From Chiloscyllium plagiosum (taxonomy: Eukaryota): 48,740 bases of DNA. Numbering within the stretch: position 1 is the first letter of the stretch; every line of letters begins with the position of its first letter. The stretch is taken from assembly GCF_004010195.1 (NCBI RefSeq), contig NC_057718.1, positions 55,370,621-55,419,360 on the forward strand, given 5' to 3'. Below the pieces are notes generated by a model. That model searched no databases and had not been told where the DNA came from. It worked only from the letters and a program-made list of their open reading frames with translations. This document shows, in pieces, positions 36,223-48,740 of the stretch. Position numbers and translations under genes: made by a program.

Positions 36223-37186
36223 TACATGTTTTCTCCATCGAAGGCTGATGGTCTCTATATCTTTTAAAAAGGTTCTTTCCTGCTGCACACCAATTTAAGG
36301 CCAAGGGTATTGGATCCATATATTGCCTTGGTAGCACTGAAGAAGTCCCAGATGTCATGCTTGTTGGTAAGGAATTGCAGCTCCTTAGGTTTCTGAAGCC
36401 ACCATTGGTTCTTGATTTTCCTAGTTGTTCTTTGTAAATCTGCCTTTGCTGTTTGATAAGTTCTTCTCTCTGCCTTGCTGATGATGTCATCTTGCAAGGC
36501 ATCAAGAGCTTTCCTCAATGTCAATGATCGTGGATGATGGAGTCATTCTCTTCAAAGCTATCTTCGCGTGTTCTGCTCTTGTAACCAATGTTTTTTTTTA
36601 CAGCATGAGATGACGGCTGTCTTAAGCTCTTTTGAGATTTCCTTCACTCCTCTCCATCAAAATAAGTACTTTGGAAATTTTGATGAAGTCATTGTCAGAA
36701 CTAATGTTATAGTCCCACAAGCCGTAATAAATTCCTGATCCTGAAACTTAGTTGTCCTCACCATGTTGCAAACTTTCTGGCTAAATCAGTCCAGGTCATG
36801 GCGATGAATGAGATTGTTGCATTCGTCAATTACATATTGTCATTAGCAGAGGCTTTTGAGGAGGGCAATTATATGTTAACGTAAAACTGTTTGATGAATT
36901 GAGGCAAGAAAATTAATAATTTTGAGGCAGGTGAGTAAAATTAAGAAAATCTTGTGTTCAACCACATACTTTCCTATAATGAGAACTTAAAAATATGTTG
37001 TGCTACTATTGTGATGCAACTATTTAAAGCTGTAGTTTTTTAATACTTTTTCATCTTTTTTGGTAGGCTTCTGAAAATCATGTATATTTCATTAATCCAT
37101 CCGTTTGGCTGTACTTACAGATGTCTGTCTTTCTGAATATTTTAAAATGCCATCATCTAATATGACTTCTAACTCTTGTGCCACAG

Positions 37187-37489
37187 GACAATTTTGGTTT
37201 TGATCTCCCAGCTGTGGAAGCTGCCACTAAGAAGCATGAAGCTATTGAGACAGACATTGCTGCTTATGAAGAGCGAGTGCAGGCAGTAGTGGCTGTGGCC
37301 AAGGAGCTCGAAGCAGAGAATTACCATGACATCAAACGCATCACCGCACGGAAAGAGAATGTCTACAGACTGTGGGAATACCTACTGGAATTACTCCGAG
37401 CTCGTCGTCATCGTTTAGAGATGAATCTCAACTTGCAAAAGATTTTTCAGGAAATGCTGTATATCATGGACTGGATGGATGAAATGAAG
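37187..37489 (+). CDS. SPTBN1: beta-II spectrin exon
   Basis: cag|GACAAT...ATGAAG|gtagag; [31 protein letters not shown]...DWMDEMK; 303 nt. Confidence 0.96.
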
Positions 37490-37718
37490 GTAGAGAAATC
37501 AACTTTTCCAATATTATAGAGGTGTACTGTGGAATTTATTCCATTTACATAAGCTATAACTAACAAATGTACCCAAAGCAATTTTTTTAACAGCCTATAT
37601 ACAAAATAGTGATTTGAAATTTCCACTCTAAATAACTTGTTAATGCTTTATAAATCCTTTTTGTTGATTTCAGTATATTTGGCCTAATACTTAATGGAAG
37701 TTGTTGAAATTGTTGCAG

Positions 37719-37872
37719 GTTCTTTTGCTGTCACAAGATTATGGGAAACATTTACTTGGCGTAGAGGATCTCCTGCAGAAACATGCACTGGTGGAAGCTG
37801 ATATTGCTATCCAGGCTGACAGAGTGAAAGTTGTCAATGCTTCTGCTCAGAAATTTGCTTCTGAAGGTGAAG
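37719..37872 (+). CDS. SPTBN1: beta-II spectrin exon
   Basis: cag|GTTCTT...GAAG|gtatgt; [22 protein letters not shown]...QKFASEGE; 154 nt. Confidence 0.95.
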
Positions 37873-38831
37873 GTATGTTTTAAGCTTTCTCTCTTTCTGT
37901 CTTGGCTCTTATGTAATACTTTGGATGCCAGAGTTGTGGCTCAGTGTATAATATGCTATATTGACAATGAGGATTGAACCTTACTAGAAATCTATTAAGT
38001 GCCTTGTTTGGAAAGATACAGAGAGGGTTACACACTGTAAACCCTAGTGAGGTTTCTCATACTGTCCTCCCAAACCTGCTTCATTACCAATGCACTCGAC
38101 CCTATGGTGCCCCAATGATCATAATCTCCTAATTTTCATGTCAGAAATTGTCAACATCTAGTTTCTTTCCACTAGGTGGAAGAATGGGATTTGCACAAAC
38201 AGCAATGAAGTGATATAGAATCTTCATTATTACACTATAAAGGACTCTTGCTAGTCACTAGTGAAAATCTCATTCAACACTTGGGTGAAAAATGGGATTT
38301 TTTTGCTCACAATGGAAGGAAGCCACCCATTGCTGATCTCACATGGTTCTCCCAACTGTCTCACCAATGTCCACATCAATCAATGCTTTTGATTCTGTAC
38401 TGAACAATCGGTGTAGAACAGGAATGCATTTGGTTTCATTGCAGGAGACAGCGGAAATGAGAATCATGAAATGTTTCAGTTTCTTAATTGTGCTTCCGTC
38501 ATTCCTGCTGAGAAAGACACATGGTGTGCCATTGAGCAATACTAACAATGGAGTTAAACTCTGACTTTCTTAAATGCTCGCAACCATGATGGCAACAAGG
38601 AAAAAGGTTGTAAAATGCTAGAAAATTACAAATTGTTAAATTTAGAATCTTGTAAATCATGTTCACACAAATAGGAAACTGGAGCTACAGTTCTATTTCA
38701 CCGCTATTTTAATATGTCATTTTGTAGCCACTTTAGAATGACATTGGTGTAACTCTGTGCATAGGTCATTTATCATGTTCAATCTGACTTCCATGCATAA
38801 CTATTGGGGATAAATGTACAGAAACTTCATG

Positions 38832-39661
38832 AAAATTGAAGGTGTAGTGGACAGCGAAGAAAGTTACCTCAGATGGGCCAATAGGCTGAGGAGTGGCAGA
38901 TGAAGTTTAATTGAGATAAATGTGAGGTGCTGCATTTTGGAAAGGCAAATCAGCAGGACTTATACACTTAATGGTAAGGTCCTGGTGAGTGTTGCTGAAC
39001 AGCGAGATCTTGCAGTGCAGGTTCGTAGTTCCTTGAAAGCAGAGTCACAGATAGATAGGATAATAGAAAATACGATAGGTATGCTTTCCTTTATAGGTCA
39101 GAGGATGGAGTGTAGGAGTTGGGAGGTCATGTTACAGCTGTGCAGGACATTAGGTAGGAATATTTTAGAATATTGTGCGCAATTCTGGTCTCTCTGCTAT
39201 TGGGAAACTTGAAAGGGTTCAGAAAAGATTTACAAGGCTATTGCTAGGATAGGAGGATTTGAGGTATAGGGAAAGGCTGATTACCTTGGGGCTGTTTTCC
39301 CTGGAGCATCAGAGGCTGAGGAGTGGTCTTATAGTATTTTATAAAATCTTGAAGGGCGTGGAAAGGGTAAATAAGCAAGGTCTTTTCCCTGAGTTTGGCG
39401 AGTCCACTGCCAGAGGACATAGAGGGGAAAGATTTAAAAATGACCTAAGGGACAATGCTTTTGTGCAGAGGGTGGTGCATGTATGGAAGAGCTGCCAGAG
39501 GAAGTGGAGGAGGCTGGTACAATTACAACATCTGGATGGGTATATGAATAAGAAAGTTTTAGAGGGATATAGGCCAACTGCTGGAATATCTGGTCAGCAT
39601 GGACAAGTTGGATCAAAGGATCTGTTTCCGTGCTGTACATCTCTATAATTCTATGACTCTA
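38832..39661 (+). mobile_element. HER1-type CR1 3' fragment
   Basis: CEVLHFG, QRDLAVQV, LEYCAQFWS and LGLFSLEHQRLR motifs; tail ctctataattctatgactcta. Confidence 0.9.
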
Positions 39662-39806
39662 AATATATGTTTTAGAAATGGTAGGAGTTCCAGTTGGCAT
39701 ACAGGATTCTATACTGTTGCTGTACTACTAAACTCAATTGAAATGGGTTTTGTTAGTAAGTTTATGAACATGTTGAAAGAGGCATTTTCTTCTCCTCCCT
39801 CTTCAG

Positions 39807-40677
39807 GTTACAAACCATGTGACCCACAGGTTATTCGTGATCGTGTGACCCACCTGGAATTCTGTTACCAAGAGCTTTGTCAGCTGGCAGCTGAGCGAAG
39901 GGCTCGTTTGGAAGAGTCCCGACGCCTCTGGAAGTTCTTCTGGGAGATGGCAGAGGAAGAAGGCTGGATCCGGGAGAAAGAGCAGATACTTTCATCAGCT
40001 GACTATGGCAAAGATCTAACCAGTGTAATTCGTCTTCTCAGTAAGCACAAGGCATTTGAGGATGAAATGAGTGGACGGCGTGGACCTCTTCAACAAACGA
40101 TAAAAGAAGGTGAAGCAATGGTATCAGAGGAGCACTTTGGATCAGAAAAGATTAAGGAGAGGATTAAAGACATCCAGGAGCAGTGGGCCCACCTTGAACA
40201 ACTATCTGCAGTTCAGAAAAAGCGATTGGAAGAAGCTGCTAATGTTCACCAGTTTAAAGCTGATGGTGATGATATTGATGTGTGGATGTTAGATATTCTG
40301 AGGATTGTCTCCAGTAATGATGTTGGTCATGATGAATACTCCACTCAAGCCCTAGTGAAGAAACACAAAGATGTTGGTGAGGAGATTGCGAGCTACAGAC
40401 AAATCATTGATGCACTACATGAACAGGGGCGAAGTCTGCCGGATGAGTATTACAAGTCACCAGAAGTAGAAGGGAGGTTGACTGATATTGAGGAGCGTTA
40501 CAAGGAGTTAGCAGAACTGGCACGGCTTCGTAAACAAGCCCTCCAGGATGCGCTGTCACAGTACAAAATGTTCAGTGAAGCAGATGCATGTGAATTATGG
40601 ATTGATGAAAAGGAACAGTGGCTGAACAGCATGGAGATACCAGAAAAACTTGAAGATCTCGAGGTTATCCAACATAG
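39807..40677 (+). CDS. SPTBN1: beta-II spectrin large exon (spectrin repeats)
   Basis: cag|GTTACAAA...CATAG|gtaagg; YKPCDPQVIRDRV...LEDLEVIQHR; 871 nt. Confidence 0.97.
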
Positions 40678-43424
40678 GTAAGGAATAAAGTGTTCGCATT
40701 ATGAAAGGTAAAAGATGATTAATTATTCAAGGCCCATGTTAAAAGAGATGTGAATGAAAATTGAAATTGAAATCAAATATTGTAAGTCAGAGGTCAGCAA
40801 ACTTAATACCAAGAAGAGATTTTTTTAAGTTTACTGAAGATAATGAAAAACATGACAGAGAACATTTCAAAGGCTTTTATGAGAAGAATGTTATTGGAAT
40901 AGTGCTTTCTCATAAGTACGTTGGCCTGAAAATTTCTTGACTCACTGCACCTGTCTGAGTAGAAATTACCCTGAATGTTCTAACTACTTATAGAGTAAGT
41001 CAAGCATTGGTAACAATTCTCATCAGCTGTTCAACAGGACTCTGCAGAATTAATCCTTTTGTGAATTTAGACTCTCAACCAGACTTGCTTTGTGATACCA
41101 CTTCATTTCCAGAGAATTACGAACAGGTGAATCATATATCTAGGCAGTTCGGCACATCCTAATATTGTTGTACATTGTGTAGATTGGATGAATATATATG
41201 TAAGAGCCATGAGTTGGCAATGAAAGGTATGAGGGGGAATTGGGGATAGGCAGGTGTGGCATGAGGCTGAAAGGGGCTATGGGGGTGGGTGGAATGCTTG
41301 AGCTGGCATGGAGTTGGCATGAGTGGGCGTGGGTAAGACCTTTTGAACTTGTCTTTCAAAAGATTTTGAGTTCAAATTATGGTTTGCAGCTCCTGTGGGA
41401 TCTGTGAACCATGTTTCATAGACAAGGTGGCTTAACTCTAAAGTTTTTGGGATCTAGGCGGATTCTAATTGGGCCAGCTAGATTAAAGTAAATCCCACAC
41501 TGGAAGTTGGGAGTACTGAGAATTAGGGTAAAAATCTGCAATCAGGTCCTGTCATTGCTTTTAAGTGCCTCCCATCTGGGTCTATGTTAATAAAGTTTTT
41601 TAAGAAAAGGAAAAGCCATTTATTTAACTTGAAAATGGGAGTGTTTAATGAAGCGCAGCTAACAAACAGGGCTGTAGTGAGCTGCTTGTGATTCCAGAGC
41701 AGATCCAAATCTGGATGCATAGTGTGTGAATACTTTGTTGTAAGAGAAATGCATTTACTGATTATTTCAGCATTTCTGTTTTGATTCCATGTAAGTATGA
41801 ATTCATTGTTCTTCATTTTAAAATTAACACCTTTTAATGTTTAAATAGCATGGTGTTTGTTAATACCATGCCAGTGTATTGAGGTACTAGTTCTACGGTT
41901 ACTGGTTTTATCATGTACAGTATACCCTTAGGTTGCCCCCGAATTGTATGTAAGGCTATTTTAATGGCTCAAGAACAAAATATCATGAGTCGGAACAGAA
42001 AATGCTTGGAAACATTCAGTGGGTCAGACAACATCAGTGAAGAGGAAAATAACATTTAATTAGAATTGTGGCACCCAACCTGTGGTCCACAGAGAACACA
42101 CCAGAGCATTTCATCCAGCCTTGAATCACAGCACAAACATGAATCTTTCAAGAAACTGCTTGTTCAATCAGGGGTTCTTCCTGGCCTGCCTGTTGCAGGT
42201 TTGCTTGTGTGCCGATCAGCAACAAATTGAAGAAGAGAACCATTCTGTGATTCAAGTATGCATGACCAGCTGGAGGCCTCGAGCCCTGGCAGTGAGTCTG
42301 CAGGCTGGCTCTGGAAACCAGAGATTTTCATCAGGTATCGCTGGTGACTGGGACAGGAGGAAGAAAGTGAGATCTGGGACTTAGGAGGAGACTGCTCATT
42401 TGCTTCATCCTCCCCTGAACTCCACAAAGCAGTCACTGGGGACACGTGGTGGCAGGTGTAAATGTGTTAGCTTGCCTTATTCTTGTAAAAGGGGAAATCT
42501 CTGATAATGTACTAGTAGGTCTGCCTGAAGGTCAGCTTCTTGTCGGGGGTATAGTGGGTGGCTGTGGCAACCAGGGCTGAGCAGGGGTGCAAGGACTAGG
42601 CCAACTCAAGCAGCTCCTCCTGGCTGGCTGGGGCAACCACTCCAGGTCACTACCACTGAATGTGGGAGATGAAGGGTACAGGAAGGTGGGGAGGCAGATA
42701 AGGAAGCAGGGAGCCACTGACCATACCCCATTGAACTTGTAAGGATTGGTGGTTTCTGGGTACTCGCCCAGCAGTTATCTGGTCTATGGTACATGTTGAA
42801 GTGTTCCCAGTAAACTACCATCTTGGAGACCTGCAGCGCTGCCTTCACGCACAAAAGGAGTTGGAATGCATTTTCAAAAATTTTCAAAAGCAGTTTTGCT
42901 GTTCATCGTGCTTCATTTCCCTTGAAAAATTTGTTGTTCTTAAAGAAGTTCTTTGGAGCACAGAATCCCAGGGTTTAGTTTCTAAACGGGTTCAGAGAGT
43001 GGGAAGAGTGAGAGAGAGAAAGAAGGGGAGGGCATGAAAGAAGAAGAGAAGGAAAGCAACCTGTGAGAGGAGGAAACCCAGTCTAAACGTCAACTCACTT
43101 TCAACCCGCACATTTCCTGTGAATTTTTGGCAAGGACATGTTGGAGTGACCTCCAACAGAAGCAATGCAAAGTCAGCATTAGTCTAAATCTCAATCCTTA
43201 GCTTGGTCCCAGTCATCACCCTCTCCCCTCGTGAAAATGAATTGGGTCTTATTCTTTTTCTCTCCCGTGCTTTGCTTGACCAAAAAAGCAAAGATTGGCA
43301 ATATTGTTAAGCTTTGATTCTTGGTACTTTTTAAAATCACTTCTATTAAATACTCATTTGAATAGTCAGTTTACTACTTCAGAATTTTTTTGATGAGGTT
43401 AATGTTTACTGTTGATTGATTTGT

Positions 43425-43790
43425 TGATGTCACTTGTACTGAGATACAGTGAAAAGTGTTGTTTTACATGCTTTACAGGCAGATCGTACCATACAAAGTG
43501 CACCAGGGTAGCAGAACAGAGTGCAAAATACAATGTTATTACTGTGGAGAAGGTGCAGAGAGGGAGAGAGAGATCAGAATTAACATTTGAGAGGTCCATT
43601 CAAAAGTCTGATAACAGTGGGGAAGAGGCTGTTCTTGAATTTATTTGTGTGTGTATTCAAACCTTTGTATCTTTTGTCCGGTGGTGGATCAGAGTATAAC
43701 CGGGGTGGGAGGGGTCTTTGATTATGTTGGTTGCTTTCCCAAGGCAGTAGAAAATATAGATGGAATCAGTGGATGGAAGACTGGTTTACA
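43425..43790 (-). mobile_element. Rex1/Babar-like LINE 3' end
   Basis: reverse strand PPDKRYKGLNTHTNKFKNSLFPTVIRLLNG resembles LPSGRRYRS..TRT.RL.NSFFP.AIRLLN; (tcaa)n-like tail. Confidence 0.7.
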
Positions 43791-44563
43791 GTATGAGCCC
43801 CCACTGGATTGGCCACAATTGCATTAGAATAATCACCTTTTATTGTTGAGTGTTTAAATACACGGCTGCTGATTTGTGTTACTAAGTTATCAAGCTATCA
43901 AATCCCTGGATCCTTGGCCTGGGTTGACTAATCTGATCACTGCTGAATTATTGATGAACACTACAGTGTGTCTGCAAACCTTTGGTTTTGAGAACTGAAA
44001 ATTCAGCCAATATTTCGCTTCGAATGGCTATTCAGTAATGTATCCTGAAACAGTGTGCCACAGTGCATTATATGTAAGTATAAGATTGAGCTAATCTGAC
44101 CTATCTCCACAATTGGAGTCTGCCAGTACTATTTATCCCAGTTGATATATTGAATACCCACCATGCGAGAGAGCAGAAAGCTATAAGTATCACTGACCTC
44201 TTATTATTGCATAAATTGCTTTATTCACTTATGGAACAAGAAGATAGAAAGTTGGAGACAGAATACGTTATATAAGTTGTGGATGTAAGTTGTATTCAGG
44301 TTTGTATTCGGTGAACCTCCAGTGAAGCACTGGTGTTAGTGACCCGCTTTCTGTTTATGTGTTTAGGTTTCCTTGGGTTGGCGACGTCAAAACTCGCTCA
44401 CTTTATACAAGTATAAAACTAACCAAATATTAGGTTTTGTACATGTTCCCAGACTCCCCTTAATAATAATATTATTCAATATTTTTGCTTTTAAAGAATT
44501 AGGGAATCAAGCTCATATTCAAACTTTTGATTTATTTAATTTTCTTCTGTATTTCTACTCCAG

Positions 44564-44701
44564 GTTTGAAAGTCTGGAGCCAGAAATGAACAACCAGGCT
44601 TCTCGTATTGCAGTGGTGAACCAAATTGCTCGTCAGTTGATCCACAGTGGGCATCCCAGTGAAAAGGAGATCAAAGCACAGCAAGATAAGCTAAATACAA
44701 G
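44564..44701 (+). CDS. SPTBN1: beta-II spectrin exon
   Basis: cag|GTTTGAA...ACAAG|gtttgt; FESLEPEMNNQASRIAVVNQIARQLIHSGHPSEKEIKAQQDKLNTR; 138 nt. Confidence 0.96.
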
Positions 44702-45293
44702 GTTTGTTTGGCACCCAAAAAATAAGTATTGAGTAATTAGAAAATAGAATATGATTGAATAAATATATTCCTCATTTTAATTTTGCTGCAGTTTTCTTAT
44801 ATTCTAATCTGTTATGTATGAACCATCAGCAATAAGTTAATTAGACTTGGGATAAATTTCAGTTCTACCCGCCCAACCTACCACTTAGTTATATTTGTTC
44901 AGTAGTTCACTAGGTTTGTGTTTACTGGTTTCTTAACGTAGTGTAGGCAGTTATGTTGCATGTATGTTTTCGATTATACGTGGATTGGACTTAAAACTGT
45001 CAAGTCAAGTGAGCATTTTATTCCTCATTCAAAAGATATTTGTCAGTTTATTGTAGAGTGAAACATTTCATGTATCAAACTTGAATGGGTTAAAATCTGA
45101 ATAGATGCCACAGAAAGGTAAAAGCACACAGACATGCGTTTTGATTTTAACTACTCCACCTGGCAGTAATCTGGATGGTAGTGGACAGCAGTTTAAATAT
45201 GCTTGTTGCTTACCCCTCAAGTTTTCTTGTGGCCAAGAAGGGCAAAATTCTGTATCTCTGGAAATTTGATTCCATTTTCTATTCTGATTCTAG

Positions 45294-46050
45294 ATGGAGT
45301 CAATTCCGTCAACTAGTGGACCAAAAGAAAGATGCACTCAATTCTGCACTCAGCATTCAGAATTATCACCTTGAATGCAATGAAACAAAGTCTTGGATTA
45401 GGGAAAAGACCAAAGTCATTGAATCCACGCAAGATCTGGGCAATGATCTTGCTGGTGTCATGGCCCTCCAAAGGAAATTAACTGGAATGGAACGTGATTT
45501 GACAGCTATTGAAGCTAAGCTAGATGATCTACAGAAAGAAGCTGAAAGACTAGCTGCTGAACATCCTGATCAGGCAAATGCTATCATGAGCCGACTTTCA
45601 GAAATTAATGATGTCTGGGAAGAAATGAAATGTACTTTGAAGAACCGAGAAGAATCACTTGGTGAGGCAAATAAGCTTCAGCAATTCCTGCGCGATTTGG
45701 ATGACTTCCAGTCTTGGCTTTCAAGAACCCAAACTGCTATTGCTTCTGAAGATATGCCCAACACTCTGGCAGAAGGGGAGAAGCTGCTCACCCAGCATGA
45801 AAACATCAAAAATGAAATTAATAATTATGAAGAAGACTACCAGAAAATGCGTGATATGGGTGAAATGGTAACACAGGGACAGACAGATGCACAATATATG
45901 TTCTTACGCCAGCGTCTGCAAGCTTTGGATACTGGATGGAATGAGCTGCACAAAATGTGGGAGAACAGGCAGAATCACTTGTCTCAATCTCATTCATACC
46001 AATTGTTTTTAAGAGACACAAAACAAGCAGAGGGGTTCCTCAACAACCAG
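45294..46050 (+). CDS. SPTBN1: beta-II spectrin large exon
   Basis: tag|ATGGAGT...AACCAG|gtaaga; WSQFRQLVDQKK...AEGFLNNQ; 757 nt. Confidence 0.97.
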
Positions 46051-46731
46051 GTAAGATAAATATGGATCTACTTTTAATATTGACTTTCAATTCCACCGTA
46101 AGTCTTGGAGCATTTGGTATGTTTCTAATATTGACCTAGCATCTTCCTTAGTGCATCATAACATTTTCCTTCACTTTTTAAAATTTTACTTAAATTTGAT
46201 GAAACTTAAATTCCAGTGGCCCACTGTTTGAAACCTGTTGCCTTTTGGTCCAGATCAACACAAACTTCTCAGCTGAGCAGATATAAACAGTAAAATAGAT
46301 AAACTTTTTTTCTGATTAGAAGTCAATAGGTTTTTTTTAGTATTACTCTAAATTTGCTTCTTATTCTTTCATGGAATGTGAATGTTGCTAGCATTTGTTG
46401 CCAGGCACTAAATGCCCTTAAAGTGAGAGGCCTATTTGAACTGCTGCAATACATCTGGTATGGATTCACTCTCAGTACTATTAGGAAGAAAGTTGCATCT
46501 GGGCATGCAAATCAAAATTTAAGCAGTGAAATATAACAATATAAAGGCAATTATAAGAATTTATAAAATACTGAACTGTAATCCAAGCTGTTCCAAGAAA
46601 ACTCTTGTACTGAGCATATATCATGTTCAAAGGTGGAACTCATCATTTTATGTGCAATCAATGTATTACTTCTCAGATTACAAGTAGCAGTACGAAGCTG
46701 ATTGGCAATTTTTTCCTTTGTTAAAATAAAG

Positions 46732-46934
46732 GAGTACGTCTTAGCACACACTGAAATGCCCACCACACTTGAGGGTGCTGAAGCTGCCATTAAGAAGCAG
46801 GAGGACTTCATGACTACCATGGATGCGAATGAAGATAAGATAAATGGAGTGGTGGAGACAGGCAGGAGACTAGTCAGCGATGGCAATATTTATTCTGACA
46901 AAATCCAGGAAAAAGTTGACTCAATTGATGAAAG
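46732..46934 (+). CDS. SPTBN1: beta-II spectrin exon
   Basis: aag|GAGTAC...GAAAG|gtacaa; EYVLAHTEMPTTLEGAEAAIKKQEDF...KVDSIDER; 203 nt. Confidence 0.95.
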
Positions 46935-47881
46935 GTACAAATGCACTAATCAAGTGAGGTTCAGTTCTTCCTGTAAATCCCTGAGTTTAATATTCTATTT
47001 TCATGAAGTATTTGCTCTGAAAATTCTACATTATTAGAAGTATTTTATTATATAATATTGGAACCTTGTTGGAGAATGCGTCATGAAAGAAATTTCCATT
47101 GAATGCCTATTACAGTACCAAAATTTGACTTTTAATCAGGAAAACAACTAGACGTTTTAAGGTTATATAGGAACAGTTCTCAACTATAAATTCTCCTGTT
47201 CCCTCTGGCACTAAATCTTTATTTAATCTTGCTAATCTCTTTCTTTTCATATATTGATGGAAGCTTTTATAGTTTCTATCATCTCACCTCTTTTTCCCAA
47301 AAGTTCCTTTACAGCAGCATTGGTGCTGACTTGATAACCCAGTCAATGTACAAATCTGTCATCCATTATTACTGTGTAACACACGTCACATGCATCTCTA
47401 ATATCCTAATTTGTAGTATGCCCAACACCTCATACCTTAGCTTCATTTTCTATAAACAACTCTCACCAATGTTTCTTTCCCCTTGCTGTTCTTCTTAACC
47501 CATGTCCCATTGGGCTGCATTTAACGCTTAGAGGAAGTGCCTCAAGACTCAACTATTGTTGATTTGTCCTTGCATTTGACCAAATCTGAATCATAGACTT
47601 GTGTTACATCATTGTTTTGTGGTGTCATTTTCAAGCTTTAATTATTGTGTTTAGTGTATAGAATGGATTAATGAATTCCTTTTTCTTTGGCCCATTCAGA
47701 AGCTCCATTTCATCAGGGTGCAATAACAGGGAAGAAAAGGGGAAAAGTTACACATTTAAAATTTAGTGCTTGATAATCTTTAGGAGAATTCCTTTTTTTA
47801 AAAAAAAAGCAAATTTTTTTAATTTACAAAATTTAGTCTAAATAGCTTTTTAAAAATGTTCCTATTAAATTTAACTTACAG

Positions 47882-47972
47882 ACATAAGAAGAATCGTGAG
47901 GCTGCCAGTGAACTACTTATGCGCCTTAAGGACAACAGAGATCTGCAGAAGTTCCTTCAAGACTGCCAGGAA
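47882..47972 (+). CDS. SPTBN1: beta-II spectrin exon
   Basis: cag|ACATAAG...CAGGAA|gtaagc; HKKNREAASELLMRLKDNRDLQKFLQDCQE; 91 nt. Confidence 0.96.
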
Positions 47973-48083
47973 GTAAGCTTGCTTTACGAGTCATTTTACC
48001 AAATTAACATATGCTGTTTTGTTGTATCTCACTGCAAATAATTATTGCTTTGTTCCTTAAATAATAATGTTTTTCTTTTGCAG

Positions 48084-48230
48084 CTGTCCCTTTGGATCAG
48101 TGAGAAGATGCTCACTGCTCAGGACATGTCCTATGATGAAGCGAGAAATTTGCATAGCAAATGGCAGAAACATCAGGCTTTTATGGCAGAGCTTGCATCA
48201 AATAAAGAATGGCTGGATAAAATTGATAAG
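48084..48230 (+). CDS. SPTBN1: beta-II spectrin exon (last in window; gene continues)
   Basis: cag|CTGTCC...GATAAG|gtttga; [49 protein letters not shown]; 147 nt. Confidence 0.96.
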
Positions 48231-48740
48231 GTTTGATGGAATTTTGAATACTCCCAGCACTTTTCTGTGATAAATATATAGCAGTTAACTCATTTCTATT
48301 TTTATTTTTGTGACAGTAATAAAATAGTTAATAATTGATGTCAACTTATTAGATGTATACAATGTTAAACCTTGCAGTATTAAAATAAGGTGCTTGCTTC
48401 TCATGAAGTAGAGGGAAAAACAGCAAATATAAATTGCCAACTGGTATTTTTGCTTTACTGATTTGCTATAATACTGCAGAGCTAGATTACATTTTTGCTT
48501 AAATTATGTTCCCCCCTTTCTGGTTTACTACTTTTTCCAAATCAGCTTTGCAATCTTAACCTTTATGTAGTTACCAAACAGCCTTACTTCTCCTATCATT
48601 ACCTAAGTTCTCACAAGTCTGAACTTAATGAGCTAGTATTTTAAAGAAAATGTACAATTTTAGGTATAAATGGTTGATAGTAATGTGTTTAAATAAGGAA
48701 CCTGGAAACTCTACAATCTAATTCTCACACTCTCACTCTT

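Larger units (their letters stand above)
33080..36830 (-). mobile_element. decayed RTE-clade LINE, interrupted by a PLE and a HER1 tail
   Basis: LLSIAGKII, VKQTFVIAPIFF, FPYLG, HLKAWEKYHQSGLRQIL and C-terminal SRIRLISHTRT motifs. Confidence 0.8.

Noticed and set aside
41200..43150. G-rich stretches and short ORFs
   Set aside because: No recognisable domain or splice-consistent exon; probably decayed repeats that could not be assigned.
45175..45293. N-terminal extensions of spectrin ORFs (also 44373, 46702, 47856, 48045)
   Set aside because: Intronic read-through upstream of canonical acceptors, with no spectrin similarity.
15880..48230. SPTB or SPTBN2 as the gene identity
   Set aside because: Peptides such as YKPCDPQVIRDRV, ASELLMRLKDNRDLQKFLQDCQE and EYVLAHTEMPTTLEGAEAAIKKQEDF match SPTBN1 as recalled; a phylogeny would confirm.
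1..48740. CRISPR array or prokaryotic defence system
   Set aside because: No regularly spaced repeat-spacer units or operons; the recurring motifs are dispersed retroelement ends.

Overview
Vertebrate genomic DNA, most likely a shark or other elasmobranch (inferred from HE1-type V-SINE and HER1-type CR1 repeats). It holds 16 consecutive + strand coding exons (15880-48230, 3705 nt, 1235 codons, all GT-AG, frame-continuous) of non-erythroid beta-spectrin SPTBN1, covering the end of CH1, CH2 and the N-terminal spectrin repeats. The gene starts before and ends after the window. The introns are dense in decayed and nested retroelements: a Gypsy LTR element with the unusual Gmr1-type INT-before-RT order (6485-12940), a related solo LTR, many CR1/HER1, L2, RTE and Rex1 LINE pieces, and SINEs. 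There are at least seven Penelope-like (PLE) insertions, several with inverted pseudo-LTRs and target-site duplications (TSDs). The most notable hidden signal is a set of minimal type-I hammerhead ribozyme motifs carried by these PLEs. One (25467-25501) has an intact core on the sense strand of the SPTBN1 pre-mRNA. A 718-nt assembly gap (34650-35367) lies inside one PLE. All calls are by eye; no database search was run.
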